DNA from: an uncultured Methanosarcinales archaeon
GTDB lineage: Archaea > Nanobdellota > Nanobdellia > Woesearchaeales > DATDXC01
Length of the DNA stretch: 64,000 nucleotides
NCBI GenBank assembly: GCA_964510025.1
Contig: CAZDZV010000008.1
Span: forward strand, 1 to 64,000
Reading direction: 5' to 3'
Positions within the stretch are counted from its first letter, which is position 1. Each line of letters begins with the position of its first letter. The position numbers and the translations under genes were made by a program. Below are positions 51,304 to 60,700 of this stretch, piece after piece. Under the pieces are notes generated by a model. The model searched no databases. It was not told the origin of the DNA and saw only the letters and a program-made list of their open reading frames with translations.

Positions 51304-52260
51304 ATGAGAGCATATCTGACTGCAGTACTGTTAGTTTTGGGGGGATGTACAATGGCAAATATCGATACTGCCACTTTTGCTGGCGGCTGTTTTTGGTGTA
51401 TAGAGGCTGCTTTCAGTCAGGTGGATGGAGTCAAGGAAGTCATATCAGGATATACAGGCGGAACTATAGAGAATCCAAGCTATGAGCAAGTGAGTAGCGG
51501 CAGTACAGGACATGTAGAGGCAGTGCAGGTATTATATGATCCTGAGAAAATCAGCTACGAGGAGCTTCTAGATATATTCTGGCAACAGATAGACCCTACA
51601 GATGCAGATGGCCAGTTCGTTGACAGGGGATCTCAATACAAAACAGCAATCTTCTATCATAATCAGGAGCAGAAAGAAAAAGCAGAAAAATCCAGAGATA
51701 GTATATCAGGAAGGTTCAACAAAGAGATAGCTACAGAAATAAGGCCAGCAGGAGAATTCTATAAGGCAGAAGAGTACCATCAGGATTACTACAAAAAAAA
51801 TAAGAAAAGATATGCTTTGTACAAAAAGAACTCAGGAAGGGATAATAATACCAAGAAAACCCGGAATGATCTGACTCCGTTGCAGTATAAGGTAACGCAG
51901 GAGGGAGGAACTGAGCTGCCTTTTGCAAATAGATACTGGAACAATAAGAAAGAGGGCATCTATGTGGATATCGTATCAGGCAAACCTTTGTTCAGCTCTA
52001 AGGATAAATTTCAGTCAGGCACAGGATGGCCCAGCTTCACCCAGCCCCTGGTAAATGAAAATATAATCGAGAAAGAAGACAGGACCTTAGGCATGAAACG
52101 AACAGAGGTCAGGACAGCTGAATCCCATCTGGGGCATGTATTTGAGGATGGCCCTGATGGGGGCAGAAGATACTGCATCAATTCAGCTGCGCTCAGGTTC
52201 ATACCAAAGGAGGATCTGGAAGAAGAAGGCTACGGTGAGTACAAGAATATTTTTGAGTAA
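51304..52260 (+). CDS. msrAB: Peptide methionine sulfoxide reductase MsrA/MsrB fusion, possibly a lipoprotein
   Basis: MsrA GGCFWC and AEEYHQDYY; Msr[29 protein letters not shown]-terminal LLVLGGC. Confidence 0.95.
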   Translation: MRAYLTAVLLVLGGCTMANIDTATFAGGCFWCIEAAFSQVDGVKEVISGYTGGTIENPSYEQVSSGSTGHVEAVQVLYDPEKISYEELLDIFWQQIDPTDADGQFVDRGSQYKTAIFYHNQEQKEKAEKSRDSISGRFNKEIATEIRPAGEFYKAEEYHQDYYKKNKKRYALYKKNSGRDNNTKKTRNDLTPLQYKVTQEGGTELPFANRYWNNKKEGIYVDIVSGKPLFSSKDKFQSGTGWPSFTQPLVNENIIEKEDRTLGMKRTEVRTAESHLGHVFEDGPDGGRRYCINSAALRFIPKEDLEEEGYGEYKNIFE

Positions 52261-52294
52261 CTTTTATAAATCGCTGAAAATTCTTGGATTTTAT

Positions 52295-52535
52295 GCCACG
52301 GTGGCACAACGCGGACAAATCCTTTGTCCGGGTGCAATCTGGTACTGCGCAGGACTGGAATGGCCGGCTTTGGCCGGTCGACACGATGAGCATCGTGCCA
52401 GCTATCCTGTTTCCGTAAAAGGATATCCCGGACAGCCTTTGTGTTCGGCAACAATCTCCCTATGGTCGACAAATGCTGGGGAAATTCAAACTTGCGGAGG
52501 CAGCTGCCTCCGGACTGAAAGTCCGGGCCGTGGCG
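52295..52535 (+). tRNA. tRNA-Ser(GGA) with four introns (52310-52337, 52361-52403, 52432-52484, 52491-52521)
   Basis: The spliced product GCCACGG TG GCA CAATCTGGTAC TGC G CAGGA CTGGAAA TCCTG TTTCCGTAAAAGGATAT CCCGG TTCAAAT CCGGG CCGTGGC G folds as a class II cloverleaf with G73. TATA at 52262-52270 and a T-run downstream. Confidence 0.88.
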
Positions 52536-52592
52536 CTTTTTTTTGGAAATATTTATATATGCTTTTCATAGATAGGCATAATATCAACCAAA

Positions 52593-54014
52593 TTGATAAA
52601 ACTTAAGAAGCTATTGTTTTTTGACGGGGCAGGCTGGCTGCTGCTAGTGTTCTTGATTGCCATGGGGCTTATACTAGGCCATTCTAACTTCATAGTAACA
52701 GGTTCAGTACTGGGCATCTTATTATGCATCTCCCTAATTATCCACTTCAGCTCAAGGGACATAAAATCCTTCCTCAACAGGGTAGATGCAGAGAGCGAGA
52801 ACCCGATATTGGTGAGGGAGCTTATGGTCAGGGATGTTTACACAGTGTCAAAGCACGAAAAAGCCATAGATGCCGCTCAGAAGATGGTAAAGCATGATAT
52901 CGGCGGCATCATAGTAGCAGAGAAAGGCAGGCCAATAGGCGTACTCACAGAAAGGGATTTTATGCGAGAATTCTCAGCAAAAGGGAAAGCTGCCGGAAAT
53001 GTGCTTGTAATGGACATAATGACCAAAAGCCCAATCACTGTGGGCCCTGAAAAGGATATCTACGAGATTGCCAGGATCATGCTAAGGAGAAGGATAAAGA
53101 GGCTGCCGGTCGTCAGCAAGGGAAAGCTGGTAGGGAAGATAAGCCAAACTGACCTGATAGATAAGCTGGACGATATTAGGGTTGTGAAGCCGATCGTAGA
53201 CAGGCCATTCTTGACCAAAGAGCTTATGGTCAAGGATGTTATCACTGTTGGCAAAAAGGAAGGTGTGATGGATGCGGCAAAGAAGATGATGAGCCATGAT
53301 ATAGGCAGCATTATCGTAAAAGAGAAGAATCAGCCAATAGGCATACTTACAGAGAGGGACCTGATGAGGGAATTCTCAGCCAAAGACAAGAGCACAGAGA
53401 AGAGAGCTGTGAAGGATGCCATGACTTCTGATCTTATATGTGTAACCCCTATAACCTCCATCTCCAAGGTCATAGAGATAATGACAAAGCATAAAATAAA
53501 GAGGATTCCAGTTGTAGACAATGGCAAGCTTGTGGGCAAGATAAACCAGACAGACCTGGTAAGGCATCTTGGCGATGTTCAGATATCCAAGACAATAGAA
53601 AATAAGGTAAAGAGGGACAAGAAGTATGATCTGGAACCCGGGCTATATTTTGACAGGAATTGCTATGGTATATTTGCGGACCAGGTAAAGGCCGGCAAAT
53701 ACGGCCTGTGCCTGACAACGCTTGAGCCATCGGTTGTCAGCAAGAGATATGAGCTGAGGAGAACACCTATACTGGAGATAAGCTCAGATCTGGAGTATAC
53801 CTATGATACGATATTGAGGTTTATCTCAAAGGCAAAGAACCCTGTAGTCATGCTTGATGGCCTGGAGATGTTTATTGAGGATAATCCCATATCGGAGATT
53901 GCTGACTGGTTTTATAAATTGAAGGAAAAGGCAGCAAACAGAAACGCTATATTCCTGATGTGCATAGACCCGGACAACAGGGAGCATCTCGCCCTTATGC
54001 GGGAATTAAGCTAA
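52593..54014 (+). CDS. Membrane-anchored protein with two CBS pairs and a C-terminal DUF835-like (KaiC-like) domain
   Basis: Two N-terminal TM helices; duplicated VRELM...GVLTERD...RIKRLPVV CBS units; C-terminal GLCLTT...VVMLDGLE. Confidence 0.8.
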   Translation: MIKLKKLLFFDGAGWLLLVFLIAMGLILGHSNFIVTGSVLGILLCISLIIHFSSRDIKSFLNRVDAESENPILVRELMVRDVYTVSKHEKAIDAAQKMVKHDIGGIIVAEKGRPIGVLTERDFMREFSAKGKAAGNVLVMDIMTKSPITVGPEKDIYEIARIMLRRRIKRLPVVSKGKLVGKISQTDLIDKLDDIRVVKPIVDRPFLTKELMVKDVITVGKKEGVMDAAKKMMSHDIGSIIVKEKNQPIGILTERDLMREFSAKDKSTEKRAVKDAMTSDLICVTPITSISKVIEIMTKHKIKRIPVVDNGKLVGKINQTDLVRHLGDVQISKTIENKVKRDKKYDLEPGLYFDRNCYGIFADQVKAGKYGLCLTTLEPSVVSKRYELRRTPILEISSDLEYTYDTILRFISKAKNPVVMLDGLEMFIEDNPISEIADWFYKLKEKAANRNAIFLMCIDPDNREHLALMRELS

Positions 54015-54051
54015 GATTTAAATATTGGCTGGGATTTTCATCAGCTGGAGC

Positions 54052-54210
54052 GCCCCCATAGTGTAGTCCGGCCAAGCATAAGGGCTTCTCGAAGCCGGTT
54101 ACGCTCGGTTGACACGCAAGGGTCTGCAGCATCGCCAAGGCCCAAGCTCAACTTTCGATGTAACCAGTCAGAAAAAGCCTTTGACGTGGGTTCAAATCCC
54201 GCTGGGGGCA
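54052..54210 (+). tRNA. tRNA-Glu(CTC) with an 84-nt intron at 37/38 (54092-54175)
   Basis: Acceptor GCCCCCA/TGGGGGC; anticodon stem AGGGC/GCCTT; loop TT-CTC-G|A; BHB central helix TTCT/AGAA; T-arm GTGGG-TTCAAAT-CCCGC. Confidence 0.92.
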
Positions 54211-54250
54211 TACCGAAACCTTTTTTAAGGATGATGGCTATATTCTGATC

Positions 54251-56185
54251 ATGAAGACTATCGGCAAAAAAACTATGGTGAAGGCTTTTGACCTGTTCAA
54301 GAAAGAGGCAGAGCGATGGTATAGGATTGTCAGGAAATTCAGCATCCCTGACACAGAGCCGAAAAGAACAAATCAGAGGACCATGCGCCTTACCTTTGAC
54401 AATAAAAGAAAGTCCATAAAGTCAAAGCTTGTCTACCTTTATGGCGCCCAGAGAGGGACAGATACCTTTGAGAGCATAGAAAGGAAGCTTGCTGCTTTCA
54501 TCAAGAAAAAGCCGAGAAAACTAAAGCAGAGAGATGCAAGGTTCAACCCAAGGGACAGGTTCACCGAGAAGGATAGCATACTTATAACCTACCCTGATTC
54601 AATTTTGGAGGATAGGGCAACACTGAAATCCCTGAAGAAGTTTCTGGATAAGCACCTGAAAGGCATCATCAACTCCATACATATCCTGCCTTTCTATCCT
54701 TTTTCTTCAGACAGGGGGTTTTCTGTAAAGAACTACAAGAAGGTCAAGAAGGAATTCGGCAGCTGGGATGACGTAAGGAACCTGGAAGAAAACTTCAAGC
54801 TGATGTTCGATGGCGTATTCAACCATATCTCCAGGAAAAGCCGCTGGTTCAGGCAATTCCTCAGGGCCAACCCTCTTTACCAGAACCATTTCATAGCTTT
54901 CGGCAAGAAGAGCGATATATCATCAGAGGATATGAAAAAGATTGTCCGGCCGAGAACATCTGAGCTTCTTAGCGAATTCAAGACAAAGCAAGGAAAGATA
55001 TATGTCTGGACGACATTTAGCAGGGACCAGGTGGACCTTAATTTTAAGGAGCCAAGGGTTTTGCTCCGTATATTGGATGTGCTGTTCAGGTACATAAGAA
55101 ACGGGGCATCCTTGGTGAGGATAGACGCTGCCAACTATTTTTGGAAAGAGCTGGGAACATCATGCAGCAACCTCAAACAGACGCATGTGATAATACAGCT
55201 GCTAAGGGATATACTGGACATTGCAGCGCCGTCTGTGTCGATTGTTACCGAGACAAATATAATACATTCCCTGAACAAAAGCTATTTTGGCAACGGCAGG
55301 AATGAGGCGCAGATGGTTTATAATTTCACCCTGCCGCCGCTTGTGCTGTATTCATTCTATAAAGGAAGCGTAAAATACCTAAGCAAATGGGCTTCCAGGC
55401 TGGAAAATATAAGCGATCACTGCACATGGTTTAATTTTCTGGCATCCCATGATGGCATAGGGCTTACTCCAGCCAAAAGGATACTGCCTAAGAAGGAAGT
55501 TGCTTTTTTAATAAAACAGGCCAAGAAGCATGGAAGCCTTGTGCAGAACAAGACTCAGGCAGGCAGGCTAATACCTTATGAGCTCAATATAACATGGTGG
55601 AATGCAATAAATGATGACAAGAAAGAAGAGCTAAAAGGGCTTAAGCTGAAAAGGTATCTGGCTTCCAGAGCGATAGCACTAAGCCTAAAAGGTGTCCCTG
55701 GGATATATATCCACAGTCTTTTTGGCACAAAAAATGACTCTGAAGCTGTAACAAAGTCAAAGGTCAACAGGGATATCAACAGGAAGAACCTAGTGCTGAA
55801 GAAGCTGGAAAAGGAAATCGAGTCCGACAGCCTGACAAGCAGAGTGTTTGATGGATTGACCAACCTGATAAAAATCCGGACAGCCTGCAGCGCATTTCAC
55901 CCCCAGTCAGAGCAGAAAATCCTAATGGAGAACGAGTCTGTTTTTTCTGTGCTGAGGACCTCCATATCGGGAGAGGAGAAAATACTGGCATTAATCAACG
56001 TTACAGACAGGTATGTTGATTTCACCGTCAACTGCAGGAAACTGAAGCTTAACAGCAAAAGCCTTATTGACCTGGTCAGCAGAAGGAAGATTTTACCAGC
56101 TGACAGACGGATATCTGTCAATGAATTCGATATAAGGCTAGGCCCGTACGATATCATGTGGATTTCAAGTAAATATTTAAAGTGA
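54251..56185 (+). CDS. GH13_18 sucrose-phosphorylase-family enzyme (glucosylglycerate-phosphorylase-like)
   Basis: IHILPFYPFSSDRGF, WTTFSRDQVDLN, RIDAANY (nucleophile), TETN (acid/base), FLASHDGIG, YELNITW. Confidence 0.88.
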   Translation: MKTIGKKTMVKAFDLFKKEAERWYRIVRKFSIPDTEPKRTNQRTMRLTFDNKRKSIKSKLVYLYGAQRGTDTFESIERKLAAFIKKKPRKLKQRDARFNPRDRFTEKDSILITYPDSILEDRATLKSLKKFLDKHLKGIINSIHILPFYPFSSDRGFSVKNYKKVKKEFGSWDDVRNLEENFKLMFDGVFNHISRKSRWFRQFLRANPLYQNHFIAFGKKSDISSEDMKKIVRPRTSELLSEFKTKQGKIYVWTTFSRDQVDLNFKEPRVLLRILDVLFRYIRNGASLVRIDAANYFWKELGTSCSNLKQTHVIIQLLRDILDIAAPSVSIVTETNIIHSLNKSYFGNGRNEAQMVYNFTLPPLVLYSFYKGSVKYLSKWASRLENISDHCTWFNFLASHDGIGLTPAKRILPKKEVAFLIKQAKKHGSLVQNKTQAGRLIPYELNITWWNAINDDKKEELKGLKLKRYLASRAIALSLKGVPGIYIHSLFGTKNDSEAVTKSKVNRDINRKNLVLKKLEKEIESDSLTSRVFDGLTNLIKIRTACSAFHPQSEQKILMENESVFSVLRTSISGEEKILALINVTDRYVDFTVNCRKLKLNSKSLIDLVSRRKILPADRRISVNEFDIRLGPYDIMWISSKYLK

Positions 56186-56205
56186 GGGATATTCCTGCGT
56201 TTTGC

Positions 56206-56316
56206 GCCAAGGTGCCAGAATCCGGTCAATGGGCTCGCCTCGAGAGCGAGTTGGCTTCGGCCTATCCAGGTTCAAATATAACGAGAAATCGTCTGTTGGA
56301 AATCCTGGCCTTGGCG
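56206..56316 (+). tRNA. tRNA-Ser(CGA) with a 26-nt non-canonical intron at 59/60 (56277-56302)
   Basis: GCCAAGG/CCTTGGC-G acceptor; CTCGC-CTCGAGA-GCGAG anticodon arm; long variable arm; BHB central helix TTCA/TGGA with AA|T bulges. Confidence 0.93.
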
Positions 56317-56383
56317 TTTCCATTCCATAATAGTCATAAACCTTTATAAAGCTATTTTCTAATTCAGATGCAGGGATGGTGGA

Positions 56384-57187
56384 ATGAAGGTCAGCATAGA
56401 GAAAAAAGTAAATCCTAACTTAGAGAGATACAGAAAAGAGGATCTTGACCTAGCGTATAAATTCACCAAAGACCTCCATAAAGAGCTGCAGACATTTGTC
56501 AAGGCTGTCGTGCTTTTTGGCTCAGCAGCAAGAAAGACAGAAGAAAAGGGCTCAGATATCGACCTTCTGGTTGTTATCGATGACCTTAGCATCCATGTCA
56601 ATAGAGACCTGGTCGAGGCATACCGTATCATTGTCCAGAAGATAATAGCCAATGTATCCACAAGGCTGCATATCACGTCGTTAAGGCTCACCTCCTTCTG
56701 GGAATATGTGAGGAACGGAGATCCTATAGGGATAAATATACTGAGGGACGGCGTCCCCCTGATAGACACAGGATTCTTTGAGCCATTGCAGGTGCTTCTC
56801 AGGCAGGGAAGAGTAAGGCCTACAGAAGAAAGCATATGGACATATTTCATGCGGGCCCCCAATACGCTGCATAATTCAAAATGGCATATAATGCAGGCGG
56901 TTGTGGACCTGTACTGGGCAGTAATAGACGCTGCTCATGCTGCACTGATGAAAGTTGGGGAGATACCGCCAAGCCCAAACCATGTAGCTGACCTGATGGA
57001 GAAGAAGATGGTGAGGAAGAAATTGCTGGAGCATAAATATGTAATAACGATGCGTAATTTCTACAGGCTTGCCAAGATGATAGGTCACAGGCAGATTTCA
57101 GAGATCAAGGGCCAGCAATTTGACAAATATTTCAAGGAAGCTGAGGAATTCATAGGCAGGATGAAGAAGTTCATAGATATCCAATAA
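56384..57187 (+). CDS. Minimal nucleotidyltransferase (MNT) fused to a HEPN-like domain
   Basis: VLFGSAAR...SDIDLLVV; C-terminal LYWAVIDAAHAAL...RLAKMIGH helical domain. Confidence 0.82.
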   Translation: MKVSIEKKVNPNLERYRKEDLDLAYKFTKDLHKELQTFVKAVVLFGSAARKTEEKGSDIDLLVVIDDLSIHVNRDLVEAYRIIVQKIIANVSTRLHITSLRLTSFWEYVRNGDPIGINILRDGVPLIDTGFFEPLQVLLRQGRVRPTEESIWTYFMRAPNTLHNSKWHIMQAVVDLYWAVIDAAHAALMKVGEIPPSPNHVADLMEKKMVRKKLLEHKYVITMRNFYRLAKMIGHRQISEIKGQQFDKYFKEAEEFIGRMKKFIDIQ

Positions 57188-57218
57188 TTTTAAATTCTCA
57201 TCAGGTTTCTTAGGATAT

Positions 57219-57785
57219 ATGGGATTTGACCTTGACAAAAAAAATGCCCTGAACAAAACAGACAAATCGAAAAAGAAAGGCATAGATAAAAACATATCCA
57301 AGCTGGTAGCGCTTCTCAATTCTAAGAATGATTTTTACACCACAAGCAGCTGCGCAGGAAGAATACTGCTGATATCCTTTCCTGAAAATAACAGGAAATA
57401 TAATGTCAAATGGCTTTTTATCAGCCATGAGGGGGCCAGATTTGAGGACGTAAAAATATCTCTGGAGGGCAGTGATTTTGAGGATATCTGGCTGAAGCAG
57501 GAAGCTATGATAATGCATGTCTGCTGCAGGAACCTGAGGAGCGCTTCAAAGCTGATAGAGACAGCCAGGCATCTGGGATTTAAAAGGTCAGGGATAAACA
57601 CAATGGCAAAAAGGATCGTCCTAGAGCTTGTAAGCACCGAGAACATGGAAACGCCTATAGCTAAAAAAGGAAGGCTTCTAGTGGATGACAAATATCTCAA
57701 AATACTGTTGACGGAGGCCAATTCTAAGCTAAGAAGAACACATGAAAAAATAAAAAAGCTGTACGAGGAACTATCTTCTCTTTAG
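57219..57785 (+). CDS. taw3: tRNA wyosine-pathway methyltransferase Taw3/TYW3
   Basis: GIDKNI...FYTTSSCAGRI, IMHVCCRNL, GFKRSGI, STENMETP. Confidence 0.92.
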   Translation: MGFDLDKKNALNKTDKSKKKGIDKNISKLVALLNSKNDFYTTSSCAGRILLISFPENNRKYNVKWLFISHEGARFEDVKISLEGSDFEDIWLKQEAMIMHVCCRNLRSASKLIETARHLGFKRSGINTMAKRIVLELVSTENMETPIAKKGRLLVDDKYLKILLTEANSKLRRTHEKIKKLYEELSSL

Positions 57786-60700
57786 GATCATCACTGCTGC
57801 CCCAATGGCATAAATGACCGCCCCAAGCAGGATAATCATGACGATAACCAGCAGAGTCATGTAGTCTCCACTATCCCTGAAGGTTATTGTTGTGGGTTGC
57901 TTTGGAACTGTTGTCGGTGTAGGGTATATGTCGCTATCACCAGGCAGGATCTGGACATCTACTATGTCTTCCTCTTCTTCCTCATCCTCTTCAGGAACAG
58001 CTGCGCATTTCTGCACCGTGAGATAAAGTATCTCGGTCTCCACCTCGTCTCCATCATCATACTCGACTTCTATAGTGACCGGATAGCTGCCTTGTTCGAG
58101 ATCATCATCTATAACAAAGGTGTATCTTTTTTCATATTCGTTGTCATCATCATCGATGTCCTCACTGAGGTCGAAGGTGTTCCTTTCATCTAAGCCCAGC
58201 TGGCTGCTTTTTACTGTCAGCTCAACATCTTCCTCCTCTTCTGAGCCTATATTCCTTATGCCTACATCCAGTCCAACGACCCTATTGCAGCTGATTACTG
58301 AAGGCGACAGGTCTGCTTCGAATATCTTAAGCATGTGCTTGTCTTTTTCTACCTCCAGCTCTAATGTCCAATCGATCTCACTGCCGTCGTCCCCTTCTAT
58401 ATGTATCCTTATCTCATAGACATCCTCTTCAACCTTTTCAGGAACCTGGAACTCGATCTCAATCCTTTCATCTTTTCCGTCTTTTATCTCATCTATAGTA
58501 TCGTCTTCCTCCAGATCATCGCCGTCATCTATGTCAACTATAGTCACCTCTACATCAATATCTTCGATATCCTCATCTCCGATATTCTTGATCTCTATAT
58601 CCAGCTCAACAGTCTCTCCAGGCTTTGCCTCGTCGCTGATTGTCTCCCCGTTATTAAGGTTGGAATCCTTGTTTCCATTTACCTTTACATCCAGGTCTGT
58701 TATCCTAAGGTACCCGACTGCGCCATCATCTTCACCCTCAACCACCTTAATAGCAACCGTGTCCTCCCCTATAAGGCCAGCGCTATCAACTACGACTAGC
58801 CCAAACTCGTAATCTCCAAGAACGGTAGGGGTGAACTTTGCCTGGAAATCGACGCCAGTGGTTGACAGATTGACAGTCTGCGGGCCGGATATCTGAGCCC
58901 ATATATAAGCCACAATATCCCCATCAGGATCTGAGGAGCCCGAACCGTCCAATATGACTTCTGAGTCCACATCGACTGTCCTGTCGCTGCCTGCATCTGC
59001 TGCAGGCGGGTTTGATATGTTGACGAAAAACATCGAAAAGTGAGGTATCTCAAATGTCAAGGTACCGTTGGCATAATCCTTGCCGGAGCAAATGCTGCCC
59101 GGGCATGCTATGCCTGTGTCAGCTGCAAATCCGCTGTTGTAAAGGATCTCAGGCTGCTCTACAAATGGAAGCTGATACATGCTGTTATCAGATGGTGTAG
59201 ACTGGAAAACAGTGAATGCATCGGAATCGATCCCAAGCTTGCCGAGCGATAGCTCTACATACCTGTCAACATCCACCACATTACTTAGGTCTATTGTCTG
59301 GTTACCGAAATCAATCTTTCCAAACTCATTTTCTATGGTCAGGCCGGTAAAGGCATTCACGTTGGATTCATTTACATCGTTAATCGTACCGCCGTAAGTT
59401 GTAATAGGTATCAGGCTTACCTGCACGGTCCATTCTTTTCTGTCAAACGTATCTGTTGCGTTTGACACATTGGCAACAACATCGAATGTTCCTGCTGTAG
59501 CCTTGTTGAACTGGAAATCCGCTCCAGTATCTTCCAGCACATCCTCTATATACCAATTTATGCTGTGGGCTATACCGTCTGGGTCTGCCACATCCACATG
59601 GAAATCTAGGTTCAAGCCATCACCCACCAGCAAGTATGCTTGTGTCGGCAGAGCATCCTTTATATATGGCAGATCATCGAAGAGCTGGTTCACGGTCACC
59701 AATATATCCTGGGAATCGACAAATTCGCCGTCGCTGACATTAAGCGTTATCGTTTCGCTCCCATACCAGTCATCCTCCAATGTTCCAAATGTGATGACCT
59801 TGTTAGGGGCGATGCTCACTGTGATGTTCTTGTTGCCAGACCATGTCCATATAAGGTTATCACTGTCTATGTCCTCTGCATAGTCGTCCAAGTCAAGGCT
59901 GCTGTTTGTCCCATCCTCGTCAAATTCCACATCTGGTATCGCTTCAGCTATGAATGGCGGATCATTTACAGGCTCTACAGTTATCCTGAACAAGCTGTAT
60001 TCAGTATAGCTTCCTGTCGCGCTTATGTTGACATCAGAATGGCCAGTAGCATTCGCAGAGGGCTTTCCACAGTCAACATATCTGTTGGCGTTTATTGAAC
60101 AGCTTATCAATGAGCTGTTGGACTGAGATTCAACTGAATAAGTGAAATGGCTTCCAGGGTAGTTTGGATCATCTGTATAGTTCCAAAGGTCAATCCAGTT
60201 TGAAGCTGGCTCTGTGTCTTCATCTACGCTGAAATCGGGGATGCCAAAGCATTCTGATACTTCAAGATATACATTTTCCTGTATCGTTTCCGTATAGAAC
60301 CAGGTAACCTCTATGCTGACAGCGTAGCTGCCAGGATCATCTTTTGTCGTGTTGATATTGTATGTTTTTCTGATGGACGTGTTCTTGTCTATCGCAAACT
60401 GCTCCTCTATATCAATTCCCAGCTGTTCGCTGCTTACCCTGATGGTGTTTCCGTTTATCTGGTCCTTGCTTCCCCTATTGGTAATGTTAAAGGATAATAC
60501 TGCTTCCTTGACACAGCCAACCTCATCAGGTGTCAGGTTGACATCTTCAACGATCACATCATTATTGTCTTTTTTAACATCTATATATATTGTCCTTTCA
60601 ACAATGCGAAGAATATGGTCTTCATCTTCCCCTATGCCTTTTATATGGAGGGGATAAACCTCCTCTCCTATTATATTTGGAAGGCTGAACTGAAGAGTGA

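Noticed and set aside
52136..52606. 156-aa ORF and small antisense ORFs over the msrAB-CBS interval
   Set aside because: They overlap the four-intron tRNA-Ser and the msrAB 3' end and are not protein-like.
56384..57187. MNT-HEPN as part of a tRNA-integrated defence island
   Set aside because: No integrase or att duplication of the tRNA 3' end is visible, and it is co-oriented with the housekeeping taw3 gene.
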